Positions 1 to 8,243 of a DNA stretch of 64,000 nucleotides are shown here, piece by piece. The stretch is taken from positions 3,139 through 67,138 of the forward strand of contig CAJTKB010000005.1 in the NCBI GenBank assembly GCA_910576925.1, read 5' to 3'. The position numbers and the translations under genes were made by a program. Source of the DNA: an uncultured Bacilli bacterium (GTDB lineage Bacteria; Bacillota_I; Bacilli_A; RF39; UBA660). How positions within the stretch are numbered: position 1 is the first letter of the stretch; each line of letters begins with the position of its first letter. The notes under the pieces are model-generated. The model saw only the letters and a program-made list of their open reading frames with translations, did no database searches and was not told the origin of the DNA.

Positions 1-1910
1 TGACTATTATAATATACTTTATTAGTTACCCAGTTTCCATTAGCAAATACAACTATATTCTCATCTTTTATATTAAAAATATCATGTCCTAAAGCATATT
101 TACTCTTTTCTACTCCAAACATATTAGCAAGAGTTGGCATAGCATCATACATTCCCATAACATCAGTAACTTCTCTGTTAAGAACTGTTCCCTTACTATC
201 TTTTGTCCAAATAATAAATGGTACCTTTCTATTTAACTCATATTGATAACTTCCAAACTCTTTATAGTCTTCACTATCTTTATCTTTTAAAGAGTCAGTA
301 TCTTTATCATAATTATATAATCTAACAAACTCTCTTTCTGGTAGTCTTGCATCATGATCACCATAAATAATAATCGCTGTATTATCAAGTAAACCTTTAC
401 TATCTAGTTCATTAAAAAACTCCTCTAAAGCGCTATCAGCATAATGAACTGACTTAAAGTAGTTACCAAGCTTTGTCCCTTCCATAAATGGATAACTTAC
501 TTCTTCTACTACTCCTTCTTCATTAATAACACTTTCTTTTATATCAACTGGAAATTCTCCATACTTATCAAGATCAGAAAATGGTGTATGATTAGTAAGT
601 GTAATAAGTTGACCATAAAATTTAGAATGTTTTTTTCTAATATCTTCTATTTTTGAAACTGATTGATGGAAAAAGGCTTTATCACTTATTCCTAAACCTA
701 TTGAATTTTCTTCTGTCACATCATAATCTTTTTTACTATAAAATTTTTGATACCCAAGCTTCTCATGCATTGCTCGTCTATTCCAAAAATCAGCATTATT
801 TCCATGCATACTAAATGTATAGTAATTATTATTATTCATAATTTGAGGCATACTAACATAAGTCCTATCAAAATAAGAAACAAAAGCTGTCCCACTTTGA
901 GTCGGCATCAAACTAGTTGTAAATGTAAGTTCAGCATCACTACTAGTACCAACACTAACTTGTGAATAATAATTAGAAAAATATAATCCTTCTTTAGCAA
1001 TTTTATTTAAAAATGGAGTTACTTCTTGACCATTAAAAGCAGTGTTCATCGCAAATGTTTGTAGGCTCTCAGCATGTATAACAATAATATTTTTATCTTT
1101 CAAGATATTAGTATAATCATTTGTTCCCTCATACTTAGCTTCATTAACACTTCTTTCTTTATAATAGTTCTCAAAACTACTTAGCGCTTGCTCAAGTCCA
1201 AACATTGAATTAATTTTTGGTTTTAAACACGTAATTCCATCGTTTATCTGATATACATAAATACCAAATTTCATTACAATATACTCTTTATTCCATTGTT
1301 TAGTAAATCTACTAATATCAATTGATGATAAACTAACTAGAAAAACAACCGCGATAATAACACCTATTATTAAAGACTTAAGTGCATTTTTCTTTCTTGT
1401 CTGTTTTAATTCTACCTTTTTATAATAGCCCTTCTTTTTAAGTTTAAATCCAACAATAAAAAATAAAATAGGAGCATACAAATACACTAGATCTTTAGGT
1501 TGTAATACATTTTCTACAACAGCATCTCCAACAGAACCTAAAAATTGAGTCAAACTAAGCATTGAAAAACTAGCAAAAGATGTATAAAAAGTATAATATA
1601 TAGAATTAATCATACAAGCTGCTGTAAAAATAATAGTAAGAACCATTAAATATCTATATCTTGCCTTAGACTTCATTAAGAAACCAAAAGAACCAAGTAT
1701 TACAACTATTGCTAAATCAGCTAAAATAGGTTTAAAAGATAAATAATTTTCTACTGTATTCATAGTAAAAAATCTAAGCATAGTAGAATTTATAACATTT
1801 ATAACAACATAAATAATAAAAAGAGGATTATCTTTTATATAGGCACTAATTAAGTGTTCATTTTTAATTTTTTTTAAGTACTTATATACATTATTAAAAA
1901 TTTTCTTCAT
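1..1910 (-). CDS. ltaS: LtaS-family lipoteichoic acid synthase / sulfatase-domain membrane protein (partial: C-terminus runs off the window start)
   Basis: Manual reverse-complement translation is open from the ATG at 1910..1908 (MKKIFNNVYKYLKK...) down to position 1. N-terminal multi-TM region followed by a sulfatase-type domain (TNHTPF, GDHDARL, YNSQ at the edge). Absent from the ORF track because no stop codon lies inside the window. Confidence 0.7.
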   Translation of the reverse strand, partial: MKKIFNNVYKYLKKIKNEHLISAYIKDNPLFIIYVVINVINSTMLRFFTMNTVENYLSFKPILADLAIVVILGSFGFLMKSKARYRYLMVLTIIFTAACMINSIYYTFYTSFASFSMLSLTQFLGSVGDAVVENVLQPKDLVYLYAPILFFIVGFKLKKKGYYKKVELKQTRKKNALKSLIIGVIIAVVFLVSLSSIDISRFTKQWNKEYIVMKFGIYVYQINDGITCLKPKINSMFGLEQALSSFENYYKERSVNEAKYEGTNDYTNILKDKNIIVIHAESLQTFAMNTAFNGQEVTPFLNKIAKEGLYFSNYYSQVSVGTSSDAELTFTTSLMPTQSGTAFVSYFDRTYVSMPQIMNNNNYYTFSMHGNNADFWNRRAMHEKLGYQKFYSKKDYDVTEENSIGLGISDKAFFHQSVSKIEDIRKKHSKFYGQLITLTNHTPFSDLDKYGEFPVDIKESVINEEGVVEEVSYPFMEGTKLGNYFKSVHYADSALEEFFNELDSKGLLDNTAIIIYGDHDARLPEREFVRLYNYDKDTDSLKDKDSEDYKEFGSYQYELNRKVPFIIWTKDSKGTVLNREVTDVMGMYDAMPTLANMFGVEKSKYALGHDIFNIKDENIVVFANGNWVTNKVYYNS

Positions 1911-1992
1911 ATAACTTTTACCTCACCTATTATATTATAGCACTCATAAACGCATTTTTCAATTCCTAATGTAAACTAAAAGATAGAACAAA

Positions 1993-2026
1993 AAAAGGCA
2001 AAAATTTTAAAATCTTGCCTTTTTAT
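1993..2026. terminator. Terminator-like GC hairpin (GGCAA...TTGCC) flanked by A and T runs, usable in either direction
   Basis: aaaaaaaGGCAAaaattttaaaatcTTGCCtttttat. It lies 80-115 nt upstream of the ltaS start and about 400 nt downstream of the glycosyltransferase stop. Confidence 0.35.
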
Positions 2027-2263
2027 AACATTTCCAATTAATTATCATACTTTTTACAAATATAAATCTAAAAAACTCCACCAAACTTTGAACTTTCTTT
2101 AGATATAAGAGAAATAAGACTACAACACCTTATATTTTTGCAAAATAACAATACAAATCACAAAAAATGATACTTATAAAAATATTGAAATTGTAAATAA
2201 TATAATACTTATTTTTTCTTTGTGAAATAAGGGTAAAATCATTTATTCATAAACTGAAAAATA

Positions 2264-2290
2264 GTACCAAAGTTGGTACTAAATAAAAAT
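2264..2290 (-). terminator. Perfect 8-bp inverted repeat AGTACCAA/TTGGTACT followed on the minus strand by a U-run; putative terminator for the upstream glycosyltransferase gene
   Basis: agtaccaaagttggtact. The reverse complement reads AGTACCAACTTTGGTACTATTTTTCAG. Confidence 0.35.
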
Positions 2291-2298
2291 TATTTTAG

Positions 2299-2340
2299 GA
2301 TAGTACCTAACTCTTCAAAACTAGGTACTCCTTTTTTATT
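2299..2340 (+). terminator. Second AGTACC-type hairpin (AGTACCTA, 12-nt loop, TAGGTACT) followed by TTTTTTATT on the plus strand
   Basis: agtacctaactcttcaaaactaggtactccttttttatt. Shares the AGTACC half-site with the hairpin at 2264. A plus-oriented terminator shape between two minus-strand genes. Confidence 0.3.
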
Positions 2341-2419
2341 GTAATGAATTTCCCTTCATCTATATACAATATATCATAAATTTATTAAAATCTCAATAAC
2401 TGTGTTCATAGAACCTCTA

Positions 2420-3466
2420 TTACTTTTTAGTAAGTATCTTGCTATTTTTCATAAATTCATCTATTTGATAATCTAAATTTTCTATCTTAACTTTAGACAT
2501 TCCAGATAAAATATCTGCTACATCAAATAATTTTTTAAATAGATTATGATTAACATAATAAGAATTAGCAATACTATCATTTCTAAAATTAGGATAATAT
2601 CTTTCTAATTTTATAATAAAATACTTAAGAATAATCTTTTTATCTTTTAAAGACATATTAACCCATAAAGGAACAAAAGAAGCATCAAAATGTCCATGCA
2701 TAGAAAATAATCCTAACAATTCTTTTTCATATTTTTCCTTAATTCCGCGTCTTCTAAAATTATTATTCAATTCATCATAAACATCAAAAAAGTCAAAAAT
2801 ATTATTCGCAAATAAACAACCACTTATAGATGTATTATTAAGTCTCATTCTATAACTATATACAATCTCATCTAAAAAATACAATCTATTAGAGTCCGCC
2901 ATAAGAACTGGAGTAAAAGAAAGATCTTCCCATTTTTTCATAGGAAAACGTATATCTCCAATATGAGATCTTTTAAATAATTTGTCTCCTATCCCTGGCA
3001 TTTCTTGAAAAGGATATGACTTATATACCTCTAAATCAATTATTCCACTTTTTTGGCGACCTAAAGTATCATAAGAACCACTTAAATTTATATTTCCCAT
3101 ATGAGTATAATTTTTTCCTATCAATACATCAACATCATTGAAAGAAGCAACATTATACATTAATTCTAATGTATTCTTATCGTAAAGTTCATCATCTGAA
3201 TCTAAAAACTTAATATATTCACCTTTTGCTAATTCAAGCCCTATATTACGTGCATTTCCTGGTCCATAATTTTCAGTAGTTATAATCTTAAAATTAGGAA
3301 GTACAGAAGAATATTTTTGTGCAATTTGTAATGTTCTATCAGTAGAACCATCATTTACTAAAATAACTTCAATATCTTTCATACTTTGATTAAGTACACT
3401 ATCAAGACATTGTTTTAAATATTTTTCAGCATTATATGCTGGAATAATAACACTTACTTTAAACAT
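2420..3466 (-). CDS. Family 2 glycosyltransferase
   Basis: VSVIIPAYNAEKYLKQCLDSVLNQ...EVILVNDGSTD...FLDSDDEL, the classic GT2 (GT-A fold, DxD) N-terminus. Confidence 0.8.
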   Translation of the reverse strand: MFKVSVIIPAYNAEKYLKQCLDSVLNQSMKDIEVILVNDGSTDRTLQIAQKYSSVLPNFKIITTENYGPGNARNIGLELAKGEYIKFLDSDDELYDKNTLELMYNVASFNDVDVLIGKNYTHMGNINLSGSYDTLGRQKSGIIDLEVYKSYPFQEMPGIGDKLFKRSHIGDIRFPMKKWEDLSFTPVLMADSNRLYFLDEIVYSYRMRLNNTSISGCLFANNIFDFFDVYDELNNNFRRRGIKEKYEKELLGLFSMHGHFDASFVPLWVNMSLKDKKIILKYFIIKLERYYPNFRNDSIANSYYVNHNLFKKLFDVADILSGMSKVKIENLDYQIDEFMKNSKILTKK

Positions 3467-3599
3467 AACTTATACACCTCTTTACACACTATTATAAATG
3501 ATTATTAAAAAAAAAGATCATATGTAAAATATTTTACTAACTTAAAGTATTACACAAATATCACAAATTATGTTAAAATATCTATAGGAAGTGATAAGT

Positions 3600-4601
3600 A
3601 TGAAAAAAAGAATTCTAACAGGAATTAGACCAACTGGAAACCTACATCTTGGTCATCTATTTGGTGCTGTAGGAAATTGGGTAAACTTACAAAACGAATA
3701 CGATATTCATATAGAAATTGCTGATGTTCAAGCTCTTACAGATAATTTCAATAATCCAAAAAAAGTTAGAGATAATGTAACACAACTTGTCCTTGACTTG
3801 TTATCAGTAGGAATAGATCCTAATAAATCTACTCTATTTATACAATCCCAAATTCCAGAAATTGCTGAACTTACAGTCTTCTATTCAAATTTAGTAACAG
3901 TTTCTCGCTTAGAAAGAAATCCAACTGTAAAAACAGAAATTGCTCAAAAAAAAGAGCTATTTGGAAATAATGGTGAAAGTATAACATATGGCTTTTTAGG
4001 ATATCCCATCTCACAAGCTGCTGATATAACTATCTTTAATGGAGAATTAATACCAGTAGGAGAAGATCAATTGCCTCTTATTGAACAATGTCGTGAAATT
4101 GTCAGAAAATTTAATTCAATATATGGTGAAACATTAAAGGAACCAACTCATCTCTTAAGTACTACTTCAAGAGTAAAAGGCTTAGATGGTAACGAAAAAA
4201 TGGGTAAAAGTCTAGGAAATGCTATCTTTTTAGTAGATAATGATGAAACCATTAGTAAAAAGATTATGGCTGCTATAACAGATCCAAATAAAATAAAAAA
4301 AGATGATAAAGCTAATCCAAATATATGTATGGTTTACTATTATCACCAGCTAGTAAATAAAGAAAACTTAAAAACTGTATGCGCAGAATGTAAAAATGGA
4401 ACTCGTGGATGTGTAGCATGCAAAAAAGAATTGATAACTAAAATGAATGAATTTCTTCAACCTATTAGAGAAAAAAGAAAATATTATGCTGAAAATCCTG
4501 ATATCGTAAAAGAAATTTTAGAAGCTGGAACTAAAAAATCTCAACAAACAGCCAAAGAAAATATGAAAAAAATAAAAAAAGCTATGATGATAGACTATTA
4601 A
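3600..4601 (+). CDS. trpS: Tryptophan--tRNA ligase
   Basis: TGIRPTGNLHLGHLFGA (HIGH motif) and KMGKS (KMSKS motif). Length is about 333 aa. ATG at 3600 with an AGGAAGTGA RBS; the ORF track starts 9 nt earlier at a GTG. Confidence 0.9.
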   Translation: MKKRILTGIRPTGNLHLGHLFGAVGNWVNLQNEYDIHIEIADVQALTDNFNNPKKVRDNVTQLVLDLLSVGIDPNKSTLFIQSQIPEIAELTVFYSNLVTVSRLERNPTVKTEIAQKKELFGNNGESITYGFLGYPISQAADITIFNGELIPVGEDQLPLIEQCREIVRKFNSIYGETLKEPTHLLSTTSRVKGLDGNEKMGKSLGNAIFLVDNDETISKKIMAAITDPNKIKKDDKANPNICMVYYYHQLVNKENLKTVCAECKNGTRGCVACKKELITKMNEFLQPIREKRKYYAENPDIVKEILEAGTKKSQQTAKENMKKIKKAMMIDY

Positions 4602-4605
4602 AAGT

Positions 4606-5244
4606 CTATTTTTTATTAGCTAAAGAAATTATTTTTACAAGACCTTTCAAATTTGCAGAAAAATTATTTTCAATGTCTCTTATAAGTTTTTTATATCTAT
4701 CATCTATATCTAGAGAATCATCTTTATAAGCCTCATTATATAAATAGTTTAACTTCTCATACTCCTTATACTCATATGCCGAAATAATCTCCCTTTTAAT
4801 AAGATTAGCATCTCTTTCTTCTTTCCTAGTTAGTACCCTATTTATATTACTAGTTCTCTTAATAATTTTATAATCTATAATTGAATCAGGAAGCCTATTA
4901 CAACAACTAACAACATCTTCCTCTTCATCAATTAACAAACTACTCCTAAATATAATATTACCAGCTTTATTAAATTCAACAGCAAAACATCTCTCACTAT
5001 TTACAATCAAACAAGCATATTCTATTTTTTCTTTATAAGTAGCAGCCTTATTTTTTATTAAATCTAAAAACTCATTATCAACAATTACCTCATTATACAT
5101 AAAATCACTAAATACTTTGTCATCTACTTTTATAGCAGGAATTTGTTTTATATGCTCAACCATATCCTTATATTCCCACTCAAAAAATTCATACATTACA
5201 TCTCCATCCATAAAATTTAATAGTATATCATAAATGTATAGCAA
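4606..5244 (-). CDS. Hypothetical cytoplasmic protein
   Basis: 212-aa ORF with coherent composition and no recognisable motif. Confidence 0.5.
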   Translation of the reverse strand: MLYIYDILLNFMDGDVMYEFFEWEYKDMVEHIKQIPAIKVDDKVFSDFMYNEVIVDNEFLDLIKNKAATYKEKIEYACLIVNSERCFAVEFNKAGNIIFRSSLLIDEEEDVVSCCNRLPDSIIDYKIIKRTSNINRVLTRKEERDANLIKREIISAYEYKEYEKLNYLYNEAYKDDSLDIDDRYKKLIRDIENNFSANLKGLVKIISLANKK

Positions 5245-5245
5245 T

Positions 5246-5449
5246 TTATCTCCTCCTTATATAAACAGACAAAATAATAAAAATAATTCCTATTATAGAA
5301 AAATAACACTCATATCTAGTAAATATATATTCTAAATATTCAATTATAGTATAACCAAAACTAAATAAATTAATGTATACAAATATATAAAAATTTCCAT
5401 ATATCATAAAAAAGAATCCTATTATAAATAATATTATTCGAAAAAACAT
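5246..5449 (-). CDS. Possible small hydrophobic membrane protein (may be spurious AT-rich ORF)
   Basis: 67-aa F/I/Y-rich ORF that fills the rmuC - hypothetical intergenic gap. Confidence 0.25.
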   Translation of the reverse strand: MFFRIILFIIGFFFMIYGNFYIFVYINLFSFGYTIIEYLEYIFTRYECYFSIIGIIFIILSVYIRRR

Positions 5450-5487
5450 AAAAACTCCTCATTTAACTTTATGAAGAGTTTTAAATT

Positions 5488-6612
5488 TTAGTCCAAATAA
5501 TTTTTATCTAGTTCTTCTTCTATGAATTTTTCAACTTCAACTTTATTAATAAGTTGAAATTTCTTAGATAACTTATCAGTTGTTATCGAAAAATTTTCTA
5601 CATCTTTATTAACAGTTTGTATACTACGAGATAGTTTATCCCATCTTTCTTTATATCTAGTAAATTCAATACCTAATTTATTTAATTCATCATGTATTAC
5701 TTTAGTATACTTATCTCTTTCCATATTTTTTATTATCATTTCAATTACAGTAAGTGTAGAGATAAGTGTTGTAGGAGAACATAACCATACTCTTTTTTTA
5801 TAAGCATAATTAATAATATCAGAGTGATAAGCATTAATTTCAGCAAATATAGCTTCAGCAGGCAAAAACATAATGGCTTGTTCAGCTGTTTCACCAACTA
5901 TAATGTATTTATTACTAATCGCATCTATATGCTTTTTTACATCTTGCTTAAATAATTTAGTATAATATTCTCGTTTTTCACTATCAAGATTTTTATCTAC
6001 CATATTTTGATAGTTTTCTAAAGGAAATTTCGAATCAATTGCAATAACTCCAAGAGGCTCAGGCGCAAATAAAACACTATCTGCTATAACTCCAGTAGTT
6101 AAAGTATATTGCATTCTATATATCCTATCATTTTTCTCTCCAAAAACACTAGCAAGTATATGTTTTAAATTAACTTCTCCAAATATACCTCTACTTTTTT
6201 TATCTGTCAAAATGCTTTCTAAACTTACAATATCACTAGATAAATGTTCAATTTTTCTTTGAGCCTCATCTATTTTACTAAGACGTTCAATAACATTAGA
6301 AAAAGTCTCATTAGTCTTTTCAAAATTTTTATCAAGACGTTCATTCACTTTATCATTTATTACCATAAGTCTTCTCTCAACATTTTCATTTAATGTTATA
6401 AAATCTTTACTAATACTATTAGAAAAACTATCTCTAAATTCATTTAACTCTTTCATAACATTTACTTCAAATCTTCCAAGACGTTCAGTAATATCAGCAT
6501 CATTTATTCTATTTCTTTTAATACTAAAAAAGATTATTACCAATAATATTATAATAACTAAACAACATCCAATAATTACTATCTCCATACAACCACCTAC
6601 TATCACTATCAT
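5488..6612 (-). CDS. rmuC: DNA recombination protein RmuC
   Basis: N-terminal TM, a long coiled-coil, then SRGIFGEVNLKHILASVFG...YRMQY, which matches the RmuC family. Confidence 0.75.
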   Translation of the reverse strand: MIVIVGGCMEIVIIGCCLVIIILLVIIFFSIKRNRINDADITERLGRFEVNVMKELNEFRDSFSNSISKDFITLNENVERRLMVINDKVNERLDKNFEKTNETFSNVIERLSKIDEAQRKIEHLSSDIVSLESILTDKKSRGIFGEVNLKHILASVFGEKNDRIYRMQYTLTTGVIADSVLFAPEPLGVIAIDSKFPLENYQNMVDKNLDSEKREYYTKLFKQDVKKHIDAISNKYIIVGETAEQAIMFLPAEAIFAEINAYHSDIINYAYKKRVWLCSPTTLISTLTVIEMIIKNMERDKYTKVIHDELNKLGIEFTRYKERWDKLSRSIQTVNKDVENFSITTDKLSKKFQLINKVEVEKFIEEELDKNYLD

Positions 6613-6651
6613 TATAACATAATAAAAACTAATCTTCTATTTATAATCAAA

Positions 6652-6948
6652 TTATTTTTCCATTAAATATCTCTTGTATCCACCTTCTATATTATAAACA
6701 TTATATCCCATACTGTTTAAAATATTACTGAGTCTTAAACTACTACTTCCTGTATCGCAAAATACATAATAGATTTTTCCTTTTTTTAAGTACTTTTGAT
6801 AATTATACAATAATTCCTCAGTAGGTATATTTATAGCTCCTCTAATTGTGCCTAAACTATATTTATAACTATTTCTTGTATCTATCAAGTTAATATTATT
6901 ATTTAATATTCTTTTAAGTTCATCTATACTAATACTGATAATAATCAC
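6652..6948 (-). CDS. Rhodanese-domain protein (single domain)
   Basis: 98 aa with YYVFCDTGSSSLR, an active-site Cys loop-like segment. Confidence 0.6.
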   Translation of the reverse strand: MIIISISIDELKRILNNNINLIDTRNSYKYSLGTIRGAINIPTEELLYNYQKYLKKGKIYYVFCDTGSSSLRLSNILNSMGYNVYNIEGGYKRYLMEK

Positions 6949-6997
6949 CTCATAATATTTTATGAAGAATAAAAAAATAGTCTACTATATGTAGAAA

Positions 6998-8191
6998 CTA
7001 TTTTATCAAATATGGACTATCTATAGTTCCATCTCCACTTTTATACATAGTCTTACTATTAAGATAAATTACTGGTCTTATTTTTTTCCTACTAGAAGCT
7101 CTACCTTCTTCTATATATCCACTACTACTAACAGAATAGACTGAATATGAATTAGAATTTGAAGCTGTTATAAGCCACCAATTTATTTCATCATTTACTA
7201 AATAATTATAATTTTGACAAGATACAGAAACAGTATTATTACAACCACCATCTAGACTAGCTAGCATAAAATCAGATGCTGTTAATAATCCTAATTTTAA
7301 TTTTTCAGTTTCCATATTACATTCTAAAGAATTATCTACACTAGAATCATTTACTCCTCTTTTTCCAATACAATAACTATGAGCTACAATATGTTCTTTA
7401 TCACTTTTTTTAAATAATCCTTCATCTATACTATTATCTAATATATCATCAAGACTAGACTTTAATCTACTTATATTAAAATCATTTATTCCATAATTCA
7501 TTTCTTTTTGAGCATTATATCTATCATCCCAAGTATAAGATTCTTTTTTAGCTCTATCCTCTTTTATTAACATAACTTCATTATTAGATGATACTTTAAC
7601 TACTCTCCATAAATTATTATTTATAGACACATAATTATTAACATCATCACCTCTAAATATATACTGATTACCATAATAATATAATCCTGAACCAGTAGAT
7701 ACTATATTACTACTATCAGTAATTTTTCTAAATAACTCTGTTGTTTTATAATCATCACCACAATCTAAATATGGAATATAAATATAACTATCATCATTAT
7801 TTTCAACAACAACTTTACCAGAACAACTACTTTTTTTACTATACTTATCTAAATCCTTCATATATTTTAAATTACTAAGTTTTTGAGCACTTATTTCAAC
7901 AATACCACCATTGATCTTAGGAAGATCTGAAGCATTTTCTTTATAATATTTTATAGCAGCATTCTTCATTATCTTTTCTATATCTGCATAACCTCTACTC
8001 TTAGATGAAAACATTGAAAGAACAAATAATACAACTACTAATATAGCTGTAAAAATAGCTATTTTAAATAAGTATTTCATCATTTTTTCTTTATGTTCAC
8101 GTTTATCACTATCTTCATATGAGTTATTTTCTCTATCTTCATCTTTTAATTTTTCAATCAATTGTCTATTATTATTATATTTTGGATCCAT
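6998..8191 (-). CDS. Membrane-anchored extracellular protein, member A of the repeated-domain family (NYVxF..LWRV ... GxGTxxxPY), function unknown
   Basis: Charged N-terminus, one TM (IFTAILVVVLFVLSMF), then DVNNYVSINNNLWRVVKV ... RPVIYL ... GDGTIDSPYLIK at the extreme C-terminus. Confidence 0.7.
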   Translation of the reverse strand: MDPKYNNNRQLIEKLKDEDRENNSYEDSDKREHKEKMMKYLFKIAIFTAILVVVLFVLSMFSSKSRGYADIEKIMKNAAIKYYKENASDLPKINGGIVEISAQKLSNLKYMKDLDKYSKKSSCSGKVVVENNDDSYIYIPYLDCGDDYKTTELFRKITDSSNIVSTGSGLYYYGNQYIFRGDDVNNYVSINNNLWRVVKVSSNNEVMLIKEDRAKKESYTWDDRYNAQKEMNYGINDFNISRLKSSLDDILDNSIDEGLFKKSDKEHIVAHSYCIGKRGVNDSSVDNSLECNMETEKLKLGLLTASDFMLASLDGGCNNTVSVSCQNYNYLVNDEINWWLITASNSNSYSVYSVSSSGYIEEGRASSRKKIRPVIYLNSKTMYKSGDGTIDSPYLIK

Positions 8192-8243
8192 ATTTATTCC
8201 TCACTAACCAATATATTATTAATTATATAATAACATATTTTAT

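Noticed and set aside
747-965. 72-aa plus-strand ORF
   Set aside because: It lies antisense inside the LtaS-family coding region. Low-complexity composition and no RBS.
3467-3599. Possible T-box leader upstream of trpS
   Set aside because: The intergenic leader is only about 130 nt, too short for a T-box riboswitch. No specifier or antiterminator-like T-box sequence is recognisable, and only a plausible -10 (TGTTAAAAT) is present.
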